A stretch of 25,596 nucleotides of DNA from a virus. Lineage: Duplodnaviria; Caudoviricetes. Positions 7,981 to 15,341 of the stretch are shown piece by piece. Location: IMG/VR virus record IMGVR_UViG_3300046374_000007, positions 1 to 25,596 of that record; one strand, 5' to 3'. A program made the translations under genes and the position numbers. Each line of letters starts with the position of its first letter. The first letter of the stretch is position 1. Under the pieces are notes generated by a model. That model did no database searches. It had not been told where the DNA came from and saw only the letters and a program-made list of their open reading frames with translations.

Positions 7981-8696
7981 AACGCAAACATGTTCCGGCG
8001 CCTGCGACGCGCCGCCGTCAAGCCAATCAGTCCAAACCCAAGCCCGACCATCGCCCAAGTGGACGCCTCCGGAATCGCAGTCGACGCCATGCTCTCGTTG
8101 AAGCCGGTTATGCTTGAGCCCGCGGTAAGCGCCAGATTCGCCGTCTCCGTCAACGAAAACAAACCGCCAGCCGCAAACGGCGACGTGTTCGTGCCGGAAA
8201 AGCTGTCCGGATCTGTGACCGGCGAGCCGCTCGTCGAGAACAGCAACGACCCTGGAACATTCAGGCCGATGCCCGCCGGCTGACCGTTGGCGGGATCAGC
8301 GAAAAAGTTGAGCGTCGAGGCGCCCGAGCCAACCGCCCGGTTGAAAGTCAACGACGCAGACTCCCGCATCGCGCTGACCGGACCGAGAAAGTTCGTGTCG
8401 CCGACGATCGCCACCAAGTGCCCGAGACTCGGACCCGAGTTCTGAATGAGCGAGGCCGAGAACTGAAGGTTGTCCGTCGCACCGCTCTGCGACGCCGCCA
8501 CCGCGCCGATGATATGGAACGCCCCCACCGTCTCGTTCAAGAGAAGGACGTTGTTGGCCGGCCCGGCAAGATCGCACGCCTGTCCATCGGCGCATGTCAC
8601 GACGTTAGTCCCGTCCGTGAAGGCGATCTGCAACGTCGCCGCCGCGGGAATGCTGAGCGCAGCGAGAATCGTACTGGCGAGGAGAATCTGTTTCAT
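7977..8696 (-). CDS. PEP-CTERM (PEPxxWA-type) exosortase-target surface protein
   Basis: Signal peptide MKQILLASTILAALSIPAAA; Ser/Thr/Gly/Asn-rich body; C-terminal IPEASTWAM + TM VGLGFGLIGLTAA + RRRRR; GAGGT SD. Confidence 0.9.
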   Translation of the reverse strand: MKQILLASTILAALSIPAAATLQIAFTDGTNVVTCADGQACDLAGPANNVLLLNETVGAFHIIGAVAASQSGATDNLQFSASLIQNSGPSLGHLVAIVGDTNFLGPVSAMRESASLTFNRAVGSGASTLNFFADPANGQPAGIGLNVPGSLLFSTSGSPVTDPDSFSGTNTSPFAAGGLFSLTETANLALTAGSSITGFNESMASTAIPEASTWAMVGLGFGLIGLTAARRRRRNMFAF

Positions 8697-8716
8697 CGTG
8701 ACCTCTTGCGTTGGTT

Positions 8717-8932
8717 TTAACTACCAGATGAAGTTTGCGTGGCGGTGAACGCTTGCACGGCGGTGCGCGCCTTGGGCGGCGTCAGATAGGCGCCGCGCGT
8801 CTCGTCGATCAACCGCCGAATGATGTCGCTGACCGACGTCCGCCGAGCCTCGGCGACCACGTTCAGCCAATCAATCTGCTCGTGCGAGAAGGTCACCGTC
8901 ACCTTCGCCACCGTGATGCCATGCGAACTCAT
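8717..8932 (-). CDS. Ribbon-helix-helix (CopG-like) regulator
   Basis: KVTVTFSHEQIDWLNVVAEARRTSVSDIIRRLID pattern; TGATG overlap with the radical SAM stop. Confidence 0.8.
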   Translation of the reverse strand: MSSHGITVAKVTVTFSHEQIDWLNVVAEARRTSVSDIIRRLIDETRGAYLTPPKARTAVQAFTATQTSSGS

Positions 8933-9801
8933 CAGAAAGAGATCCTAGCATGCTGAATGGGGTCTAAACAAGGCCGGCTTTTTGCCCCGTGAATAATCGC
9001 CGGCCGCGCCCACAGCCGCTGAAAACCCCGCCACCGCTCGTCAGGCTTCCACTTCTCCTGACTGACCGTCTCAGGCCGCCACAACATCGCCATCGGCGTG
9101 AAACCGATTCCCCGCATCTCCGTCAACCGCACGCTCGCCGCCTCAAACGTGTCCTTCGGATAGCCAATCAAAACATAGGCCCGCATCCGGTGACTCTCAC
9201 GCGTGAATCCCGCCTCGAGCAACCGCCGCGCCGCATGACGCAACGTCTCAAACTCGTCGCCAGGATCGTAAGCGAAAAACATCGTCGGCCGCGGTTTCAG
9301 AGAGGCAAGCAAATCAACCTGGTAATCCTCGAGCGCCAGCGCCTCCAACCCGCCGGTGAACTCAACCCGCCGCTTCTGCCGCCGAAGCATGGCGAAAACT
9401 CTTTCGACATGCTCACGCGGACAAGCGAGCAAATTGTCGTCGAGAATATTCCAGCCGTCGATGATCGGCAGCAGGCGCGGAACCGGATCCCGCTTCCATA
9501 CGCTGCAAAACCAGCATCGCCGCGGACAGCCACGCGAAGTGAACACATAACCGGGCTTGATGTAGCGCCCCGCAACAAAATCGTCGCCGCGATCGCCGTA
9601 AGCCACGCCGCCAACCTTGACGGAAGCGACGAAACGCCATTCCTCCGCCAGCGCCTCAGCCTTCGGCTTGTCGTAAGTGAACGCCACCGAGACATGCACT
9701 TCGTCGCCTTGCGCGAAGAGATCAGGAGGCCCGAAGTACGCCAACACATCGTCCGGACTCGCCTTGGTCTTGCGCGGAAAAACCCGGATCAGCCTAGACA
9801 A
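8932..9801 (-). CDS. Radical SAM protein
   Basis: SRGCPRRCWFC (CxxxCxxC), ILDDNLLA, FTGGLE, YVLIGYP. Likely start TTG 9801 overlapping the terL stop; the ORF is open from 9834. Confidence 0.88.
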   Translation of the reverse strand: MSRLIRVFPRKTKASPDDVLAYFGPPDLFAQGDEVHVSVAFTYDKPKAEALAEEWRFVASVKVGGVAYGDRGDDFVAGRYIKPGYVFTSRGCPRRCWFCSVWKRDPVPRLLPIIDGWNILDDNLLACPREHVERVFAMLRRQKRRVEFTGGLEALALEDYQVDLLASLKPRPTMFFAYDPGDEFETLRHAARRLLEAGFTRESHRMRAYVLIGYPKDTFEAASVRLTEMRGIGFTPMAMLWRPETVSQEKWKPDERWRGFQRLWARPAIIHGAKSRPCLDPIQHARISF

Positions 9802-11146
9802 GGCCGCGTATCCGCCGCCGCAGCCGCCCGCCAAACGACAAGCTCGAAGAGAGCGCCGTCACAAGGTTGAGTCCCGTCGCCATCGTTTTGAGCGCGTCAT
9901 AACCGTGAGAATAATCGTCGTGAACCGGCGTTCCAAATTTTGAGCGCTTGTAGCCCCTAAGGCGAGCAAGGCCCCTTCGGGTCCGTTGCTCGTCAAACCA
10001 ACTCACGCCCAGTATCCCGCGCACCGCGCTCAAGCCGTCGGCGTCGTTGACCCGCGGCGCAGTCAGGATGGGAACGGGAGTCGCGTCCATCAGCGTGATC
10101 CGCCTCGACTCGCCGCTTCCCCACTCGCGCGCCTCGACGTCGTGCGGAAGTATGTGGGCGCGAAACGGCGTGCCCCAAGCCTTCGCCTTCTTGTCGAGGA
10201 TCTCGAGATAATGGCTCGCTTTGTAGCCGCGATCCTCGACATAATCGACGAAGTGAATCTCCTTGCCGGTGATCTGAAACACCCAAATACACGTAAAGTC
10301 ATGTATCCCAATGTCCCAGCCGGTGATCAATTGCGAGGAAAGATCAACAGGGACGTTGACGACCCGCTTCTGCTGCTGCAAGGCGTTGATGGCTTCGGTC
10401 AGGTAAGCGCCTTCGACCGGCGCATCGAACGAGCACAACATCTCGCGGGCAAACTCGTCGCTCGCCATGTCGCGTTGCATGGCCTCGACCTCTTCCTCGC
10501 TCAATGCGTCCTCTCCGGTCGCGGTGATCGGGATCTCGAACACATCCCAGGCGGGATCATCTTCGGCTCGAAGTTTTATCGCGTGGAAATGATCGTCGCC
10601 GTTGCTGGTGCCTGAGATGACGGCGAAGCCGCCATAGTCCGCCAGACACGGACGAACCACCGCCGTCCAAGCGCGCGGATTGAGAAGCGGATACTCGTCG
10701 AGCACCGCCCCATCGAGGTAGATGCCGCGAAGACGCTCATAAGCCTGCCCGCCGCCATAAAGCCTGATCGTCGCGCCATGAGGAAATACGACTTGCAGCT
10801 CGCCTTCCAAATAACGCATGCCTGGATACGTTGAAGTATACTGCTTTAAATACGACCACGAAAGATCCTTGACCTGATCGAAAGACGGCCCAATGTAAGC
10901 GTAGCGCGGAAGCGGAGTAACGCGCTGATTAGACAACGCCGCACGAATCAATTGATTAACAAGCGCGACAGTCTTCCCGGCGCGCCGATGCGCAACTACG
11001 AACATAAACCGCTTGGTAGAGGCATGCAACGCTTTGAAGTGAGGGCGAGGGACATACGGAATCGTTATCGCCGGGATGTCAACTTTCTCCAACCCGTCAT
11101 CGAAATCAACGTCAAACGGCGCGTCCGCGTCAAACCCCGCCGTCAT
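9794..11146 (-). CDS. terL: Terminase large subunit
   Basis: Walker A HRRAGKT, LRGIYLDGAVLDEY Walker B, nuclease-domain GWDIG and HDDYSHGYDA. Confidence 0.93.
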   Translation of the reverse strand: MTAGFDADAPFDVDFDDGLEKVDIPAITIPYVPRPHFKALHASTKRFMFVVAHRRAGKTVALVNQLIRAALSNQRVTPLPRYAYIGPSFDQVKDLSWSYLKQYTSTYPGMRYLEGELQVVFPHGATIRLYGGGQAYERLRGIYLDGAVLDEYPLLNPRAWTAVVRPCLADYGGFAVISGTSNGDDHFHAIKLRAEDDPAWDVFEIPITATGEDALSEEEVEAMQRDMASDEFAREMLCSFDAPVEGAYLTEAINALQQQKRVVNVPVDLSSQLITGWDIGIHDFTCIWVFQITGKEIHFVDYVEDRGYKASHYLEILDKKAKAWGTPFRAHILPHDVEAREWGSGESRRITLMDATPVPILTAPRVNDADGLSAVRGILGVSWFDEQRTRRGLARLRGYKRSKFGTPVHDDYSHGYDALKTMATGLNLVTALSSSLSFGGRLRRRIRGLV

Positions 11147-11610
11147 TCGTCAGCCGCCGGCGCCAAATCGATAATCCGCCGCTCCGCCTCCTTCGGCCCA
11201 ATCGCCTCCCCGTTCGCCCACCGCACCTGCGCCACCGTCAAATTGATGAGAGGGCCTCTGTGAAAAGACGCATCCGCCGCATCGCTCGTGCTCGACCATC
11301 CCAACCGCTTGGCGTTCTGGGAATTGAGAATAAACCTCACCGCCCAATCCCGCCGACGAGCGTCATCATCCCTGAGGGCCTCGTGAAGCGTCGTCTGAGC
11401 CTCATCCGCCAATTGCGCCGCCATCTCAACAATGACCGCCCGAGCCCGCGAGGAACGCTCAATGAACTTGCGAAGAATCAGAGCGCCAACCTTGAGGCGA
11501 TCCGCGGCAACCTTCACGTTGCCCTCAGACTGTACGAGAGCCGCGCAAACCTCCTCAATCGTCAGAGGCTGATCCTCAGGACGCTGAAACCACGGATAAG
11601 CCGGAAGCAT
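11143..11610 (-). CDS. terS: Terminase small subunit (putative)
   Basis: HTH-like ALVQSEGNVKVAADRLKV; ATGA overlap with terL; AGGAG SD at 11623-11619 supports a start at 11610/11613. Confidence 0.75.
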   Translation of the reverse strand: MLPAYPWFQRPEDQPLTIEEVCAALVQSEGNVKVAADRLKVGALILRKFIERSSRARAVIVEMAAQLADEAQTTLHEALRDDDARRRDWAVRFILNSQNAKRLGWSSTSDAADASFHRGPLINLTVAQVRWANGEAIGPKEAERRIIDLAPAADE

Positions 11611-11714
11611 CACTTTAACTCCTAACCACAACCCATTGAATTTCAGATTTGGCCGATTTTCTCCCCATGTTCCTCCAATGTTCCACATTTTTCAATCCTG
11701 CCCAAATCCGAAAA

Positions 11715-11998
11715 TATCAATGATTTCAGTCAAGATTACCGCTTCGGATAGGTAGTACAGTTTTGGAGAGTCCAAGCCGGGAAGGGACTGCGCCGGGGCC
11801 CCCTTGGCAGAAATTCTTAGGGGGGGGTCTGAAAAGCCGCAGCTATGCGAGGCCGGACTCGACTTGCCTGGTATGGTGCCTATTACAAGCACAGCATCTT
11901 ACTGCTAAGCCATTGATTTAGCTGCATGTTATGGCTGAGCATGCCGCGTAGTCCCACATTCAGTCCCACATAATAATCGATGCAATCCTTGATTGCAT
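11715..11998. promoter_or_regulatory. Candidate packaging/late-control region with IHF-like sites and short repeats
   Basis: TAAGCCATTGATT (11906-11918) matches IHF consensus YAAN4TTGATW; near match at 11715-11727; G8 at 11820-11827; AGTCCCACAT twice (11950, 11962); inverted repeat ATGCAATC-N3-GATTGCAT (11980-11998). Confidence 0.5.
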
Positions 11999-12058
11999 GC
12001 GCTATACGCATATCGACAGATGTTATGACTGCGCCTCTTTATTATCATCGTCAACACT

Positions 12059-12086
12059 CTTGATAAACACTCGACAAGACTTATAT
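12059..12086 (+). promoter_or_regulatory. Sigma70-like early promoter
   Basis: CTTGAT-N16-TTATAT with CACTCG in the spacer. Confidence 0.6.
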
Positions 12087-12113
12087 CCGTATGGTTACAA
12101 GAGGATGCAAACC

Positions 12114-12410
12114 ATGTCTGAATTCGCAACCGATAGCATACCATTCCGCTTCGAAGACCTGAACGGCGAGCCCGAGCCCGAATCTTGGGGTCCGGTCTAC
12201 GATATCAAGCGCAAACGCGGCCAAAGCGTTAGCGACGCGGTGCGCGAAGCGCAAGCCAAAGTCTGGAAGCGCGATCCGGTCTTCCACTCCAACTGCGCCT
12301 CGGGCCAGGCGTTCGAATTCAGCTCGAGCAAGCATAGAGCTCGCATGAAAGCCGAGTTTACCGCGCTTTGCAACGCCGAGCGCCGCGGCCTATGCGCGGG
12401 CGATGGCTGA
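12114..12410 (+). CDS. Hypothetical early protein
   Basis: GAGGA SD at 12101-12105; GC-rich coding-like sequence begins at this ATG. Confidence 0.7.
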   Translation: MSEFATDSIPFRFEDLNGEPEPESWGPVYDIKRKRGQSVSDAVREAQAKVWKRDPVFHSNCASGQAFEFSSSKHRARMKAEFTALCNAERRGLCAGDG

Positions 12411-12477
12411 GAAGCGGGCGCGCAAGCCGCACTACGTGCTGCGCGCCGGCGAGTGGCGGCTCAAAGAGGCGGCGTAA
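12403..12477 (+). CDS. 24-aa basic peptide
   Basis: MAEKRARKPHYVLRAGEWRLKEAA; overlaps the upstream stop, GC3-rich codons. Confidence 0.4.
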   Translation: MAEKRARKPHYVLRAGEWRLKEAA

Positions 12478-12490
12478 GCCACAGGCCGAT

Positions 12491-12523
12491 CGCGTCCAAC
12501 GCTCGGGACCACGCGTTTTTTTT
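12491..12523 (+). terminator. Possible intrinsic terminator
   Basis: Imperfect CGCGTCC...GGACCACGCG stem followed by T8. Confidence 0.4.
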
Positions 12524-12640
12524 CGCGCGGCTCGCTTGACAGGCGAGGGCCTCCGGCCAGAATCAGGTTCAGGCGTTTTGAGCTTGCTCCGCCTTGCCAA
12601 AGCTTACGGGTTAAGCTAAGCAAAAACCGTACAGTTGCTG

Positions 12641-12755
12641 ATAGACCCCTCCAACCTATGCGCGTGCCTTTTTGCATGTTTTACATACTCCATTTTCCTT
12701 AAGTTGTACCTTTGAAAACATCGTTTTCTCTCGCGCATAGACTTTTAGGGTCTAT
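12641..12755. repeat. Bipartite inverted repeat flanking an AT-rich core, candidate replication origin
   Basis: ATAGACCC-N7-CTATGCGCG (12641-12664) and its inverse CGCGCATAG-N7-GGGTCTAT (12732-12755) around a 67-nt, ~67% AT spacer. Confidence 0.6.
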
Positions 12756-12807
12756 TTCCTACTGGACTACCTTTGCAAAGCATAACCTGTTTGCTTGTGG
12801 GTGAAAA

Positions 12808-13476
12808 ATGGAAAATCCTCTCGCTGAAATGCTAAAAGGTCTGCATTCCGGAAAACACAGGAAGCTTTCGTTTGAGGAGCAATGTGCGTTTCACATTGCA
12901 TTAAAGCTTGGTGTTCCACCACTGGCGGTTGCATCCGCCGCTGGCGTCTCGCCAATAGCGGTATCACATCTGGCGCGCGCGGGATCTTACCTCGGCGGCG
13001 AGATTCGCTATCGCGCCGTGGCTCGCGAATACGAAACTCTCGGCCACGAAAACTTTATCCACCGCTATCTGACCCCTCCCATCCGCGAGCGGCTCGCGCA
13101 GGCCATCGACGCCTACAAGCGGCGCAAGCGCAATCCAGACCGCAACCCAAAAGGCTTCAACCCTCTCGCCAACCGCTATTGCGGGCGCCACGAATGGCGG
13201 GAAACCTCGCTCGGCCTGCACTCAATCTTTCAAATCGAACTCGTTCCCGACCGCCAGGGCTATCTCTGGCGCAACCTCAAACCCTTTCAGGGCCTGGCGG
13301 AGATCGCCGGCGACCAGGTGAGCTACGATCCAGCCGCCCAACTGAACGGCGATCCTTCGCGCGGACCCGAGCGCGGCCCATCAGCCCTGGGATTCGCCAC
13401 GTCGAAGGACTGCTTCTCCCACATCAAGCGGCGTTTCAACCCAACCGCCAAGCAACTTGCGGAGAGCGAAGCATGA
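12808..13476 (+). CDS. Protein with N-terminal HTH-like domain
   Basis: KLSFEEQCAF...GVPPLAVASAAGVSPIAVSHL; similar to the product of 15342-15782. Confidence 0.7.
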   Translation: MENPLAEMLKGLHSGKHRKLSFEEQCAFHIALKLGVPPLAVASAAGVSPIAVSHLARAGSYLGGEIRYRAVAREYETLGHENFIHRYLTPPIRERLAQAIDAYKRRKRNPDRNPKGFNPLANRYCGRHEWRETSLGLHSIFQIELVPDRQGYLWRNLKPFQGLAEIAGDQVSYDPAAQLNGDPSRGPERGPSALGFATSKDCFSHIKRRFNPTAKQLAESEA

Positions 13477-13715
13477 CTCGCCGTTACTGGGACTGTCCGG
13501 ATCATCGCATTGGCATGGTTCGACCAAACAAAGGTTCAACCAAGCCGCCCAAGGCTCCGCTGTTGACTCGGCGCACTCGAGCTTTGGCCGAGAACGAGCG
13601 TCTGCTCCGACAAGCTGAGCGGGAACGAAACCAAGAACAGGTATCCGAGCGTCGCGCCCGCGTCGAAGCGGAGATCAAACTCATGCTGGCGGAACGGGAA
13701 AAATCCCCGAAATAA
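13473..13715 (+). CDS. Hypothetical basic coiled-coil protein
   Basis: ATGA overlap with the upstream gene; MTRRYWDCPDHR... is the 3' part of track ORF 12882-13715. Confidence 0.6.
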   Translation: MTRRYWDCPDHRIGMVRPNKGSTKPPKAPLLTRRTRALAENERLLRQAERERNQEQVSERRARVEAEIKLMLAEREKSPK

Positions 13716-13728
13716 TAATCTCCACCCA

Positions 13729-13756
13729 CTTGCAATCCACTCGTTAAGCCCTATCT
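13729..13756 (+). promoter_or_regulatory. Sigma70-like early promoter
   Basis: CTTGCA-N16-CTATCT with CACTCG in the spacer. Confidence 0.6.
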
Positions 13757-13793
13757 TATAAACACGCAACGCAACTGAAACGGAACAGCGCAA

Positions 13794-13973
13794 ATGACCT
13801 TCAAGCTCAATATCGACTGCGACAACGACGCCTTTTACGGCGAGCAAAAACATGCCGAGCTCGCCCGCATCCTGCGCGAGATTGCTGACCGCCTGGAGGA
13901 ATACGGCGGTCTGACCGGGACTGTCGTCCGCGACATCAACGGCAACACGGTCGGCAACGCCGTCTTCAAATAA
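13794..13973 (+). CDS. Small hypothetical phage protein (59 aa)
   Basis: Not in the track: MTFKLNIDCDNDAFYGEQKHAELARILREIADRLEEYGGLTGTVVRDINGNTVGNAVFK, resembling a common small phage family (NDAF..ELARIL..RDINGNTVG). Confidence 0.8.
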   Translation: MTFKLNIDCDNDAFYGEQKHAELARILREIADRLEEYGGLTGTVVRDINGNTVGNAVFK

Positions 13974-14036
13974 TCGGCCGCAACGCCAGGCGTCACCCTC
14001 TCAGGACGGGCGAGAGGACAACGGAGAACAACGCAA

Positions 14037-14246
14037 ATGACCGCCCCGCTTCGTTCGCACGCCTCCGTGCGCTCATACTACTTCCGCGAGCGCCTGGCGG
14101 GAATCTATCCCTCCGCGCTCGACCATTACGCGCTCTCGGATTTCCGCTCCTTGTGGCGTGAAGCCAATTGCCGCGCGCTGACCTGGCGCCAAGCCGCCAC
14201 AACCATCTGGAATCCCCAAACCCAAAACTGGGAGCAGGCGCAATGA
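14037..14246 (+). CDS. Hypothetical protein
   Basis: GGAGA SD within the shared leader motif. Confidence 0.7.
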   Translation: MTAPLRSHASVRSYYFRERLAGIYPSALDHYALSDFRSLWREANCRALTWRQAATTIWNPQTQNWEQAQ

Positions 14247-14404
14247 AAATACATCCCCTCGCCGTCATCCTTCAATGCCTGATTTGCCTGTTTGTCATTT
14301 TGTGGCTTATCGGAGCGTGCAATGGAAATACTGCGATGACCGTGATTATTGTCTGCTGTATTCCAGGGTTTATTATCGGATTTATTCGCGGAGCCTTGCG
14401 ATGA
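14243..14404 (+). CDS. Small Cys-rich two-TM membrane protein
   Basis: MKIHPLAVILQCLICLFVILWLIGAC...; ATGA overlaps at both ends; lower GC than neighbours. Confidence 0.65.
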   Translation: MKIHPLAVILQCLICLFVILWLIGACNGNTAMTVIIVCCIPGFIIGFIRGALR

Positions 14405-14691
14405 CCGATTGGATGACCAACTACAGCCGCCGCGTCAACGCCGAGCGCCTCGCGCGCCAGGCGCCGGAAGTCAAAAAACTCGCCGAGGAGATCGGCGAAG
14501 AGCTCAAGTCGATCGAGCAATATCTCTATTGGGCGATCGATCCCGACGAGAAAGACAGCGGTCAATATTTCTGCCGGACTTTGATCGAGCACGCCCACGC
14601 GCTCGTTGACCTGGGGCACGAATATCACGCCGCGCTGAAAGCCAACCCGCCGCCGCTGAAAACGGAGGAAAACGAGGAAGAGTCCACTTGA
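14401..14691 (+). CDS. Hypothetical helical protein
   Basis: ATGA overlap and GGAG SD; MTDWMTNYSRR... Confidence 0.7.
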   Translation: MTDWMTNYSRRVNAERLARQAPEVKKLAEEIGEELKSIEQYLYWAIDPDEKDSGQYFCRTLIEHAHALVDLGHEYHAALKANPPPLKTEENEEEST

Positions 14692-14716
14692 CGCTCGCTC
14701 GACAAACACTCATATA
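14687..14716 (+). promoter_or_regulatory. Sigma70-like early promoter
   Basis: TTGACG-N17-CATATA with CGCTCG in the spacer, followed by hairpin TCGAGCGCA-N9-TGCGTTCGA. Confidence 0.6.
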
Positions 14717-14770
14717 GGCAATCGAGCGCAACCAACCGATGCGTTCGAGGCCAATCAAGGAGACAACGCA

Positions 14771-15034
14771 ATGACCAATCAAGCCACGATAGAGGACCTA
14801 GTCAAATCGCAAGACGCCGCCATGCGAGTCACCGCGCGCGCGCTGATCAAGCATCACAACAACAACATCGAGGACTTTATCGAGATTCTCGGATGGGAGC
14901 TTTCGAAGCATGCCGATGATTTTGCGCGGCGCACCGGCGACTACGATCGCGCTTCCAAGCTCAACATCATCGCCGACCACTTGATGAAGCTTGACGACGC
15001 GATCGACAATTACGACGGCGCTCCGTTGGAGTGA
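14771..15034 (+). CDS. Hypothetical protein
   Basis: AAGGAGA SD within the shared leader motif. Confidence 0.75.
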   Translation: MTNQATIEDLVKSQDAAMRVTARALIKHHNNNIEDFIEILGWELSKHADDFARRTGDYDRASKLNIIADHLMKLDDAIDNYDGAPLE

Positions 15035-15285
15035 TGACGATGACCTACGATGATTGGAAGACCGAGACTCCTGAAGACGAGGCCTATCGCCTTTCCCGCT
15101 TTTGGCGCAATCGCAGCGGCTGGCGCGATTACCGCGACGCCGATCGTTGTTGGAATTGCCGCCAGGAATGGAAGCCAGCGCCCGACGACGAAATGCGTTG
15201 CGCCTATTGCGACGAATACGCCGATGACGCGCCGCCCGAGCGCGATCCCGACGACGCGCGCGACGACCGCATGGATAGGGATTAG
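15034..15285 (+). CDS. Small acidic zinc-finger-like protein
   Basis: YDDWKT N-terminus, CWNC...CAYC, RDPDDARDDRMDRD tail. Confidence 0.7.
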   Translation: MTMTYDDWKTETPEDEAYRLSRFWRNRSGWRDYRDADRCWNCRQEWKPAPDDEMRCAYCDEYADDAPPERDPDDARDDRMDRD

Positions 15286-15289
15286 CGGC

Positions 15290-15317
15290 CTTGCAAGCCA
15301 CTCGCTATGGGCTATGT
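15290..15317 (+). promoter_or_regulatory. Sigma70-like early promoter
   Basis: CTTGCA-N16-CTATGT with CACTCG in the spacer. Confidence 0.55.
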
Positions 15318-15341
15318 GAGCGCTACGGAGTCGAAGACAAC

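Noticed and set aside
7627-8283. 218-aa plus-strand ORF
   Set aside because: Antisense to the PEP-CTERM gene and runs through regulatory sequence; no recognisable protein features.
12882-13472. 5' part of the 277-aa ORF 12882-13715
   Set aside because: Alternate frame of the 12808 gene; only the portion from ATG 13473 looks coding.
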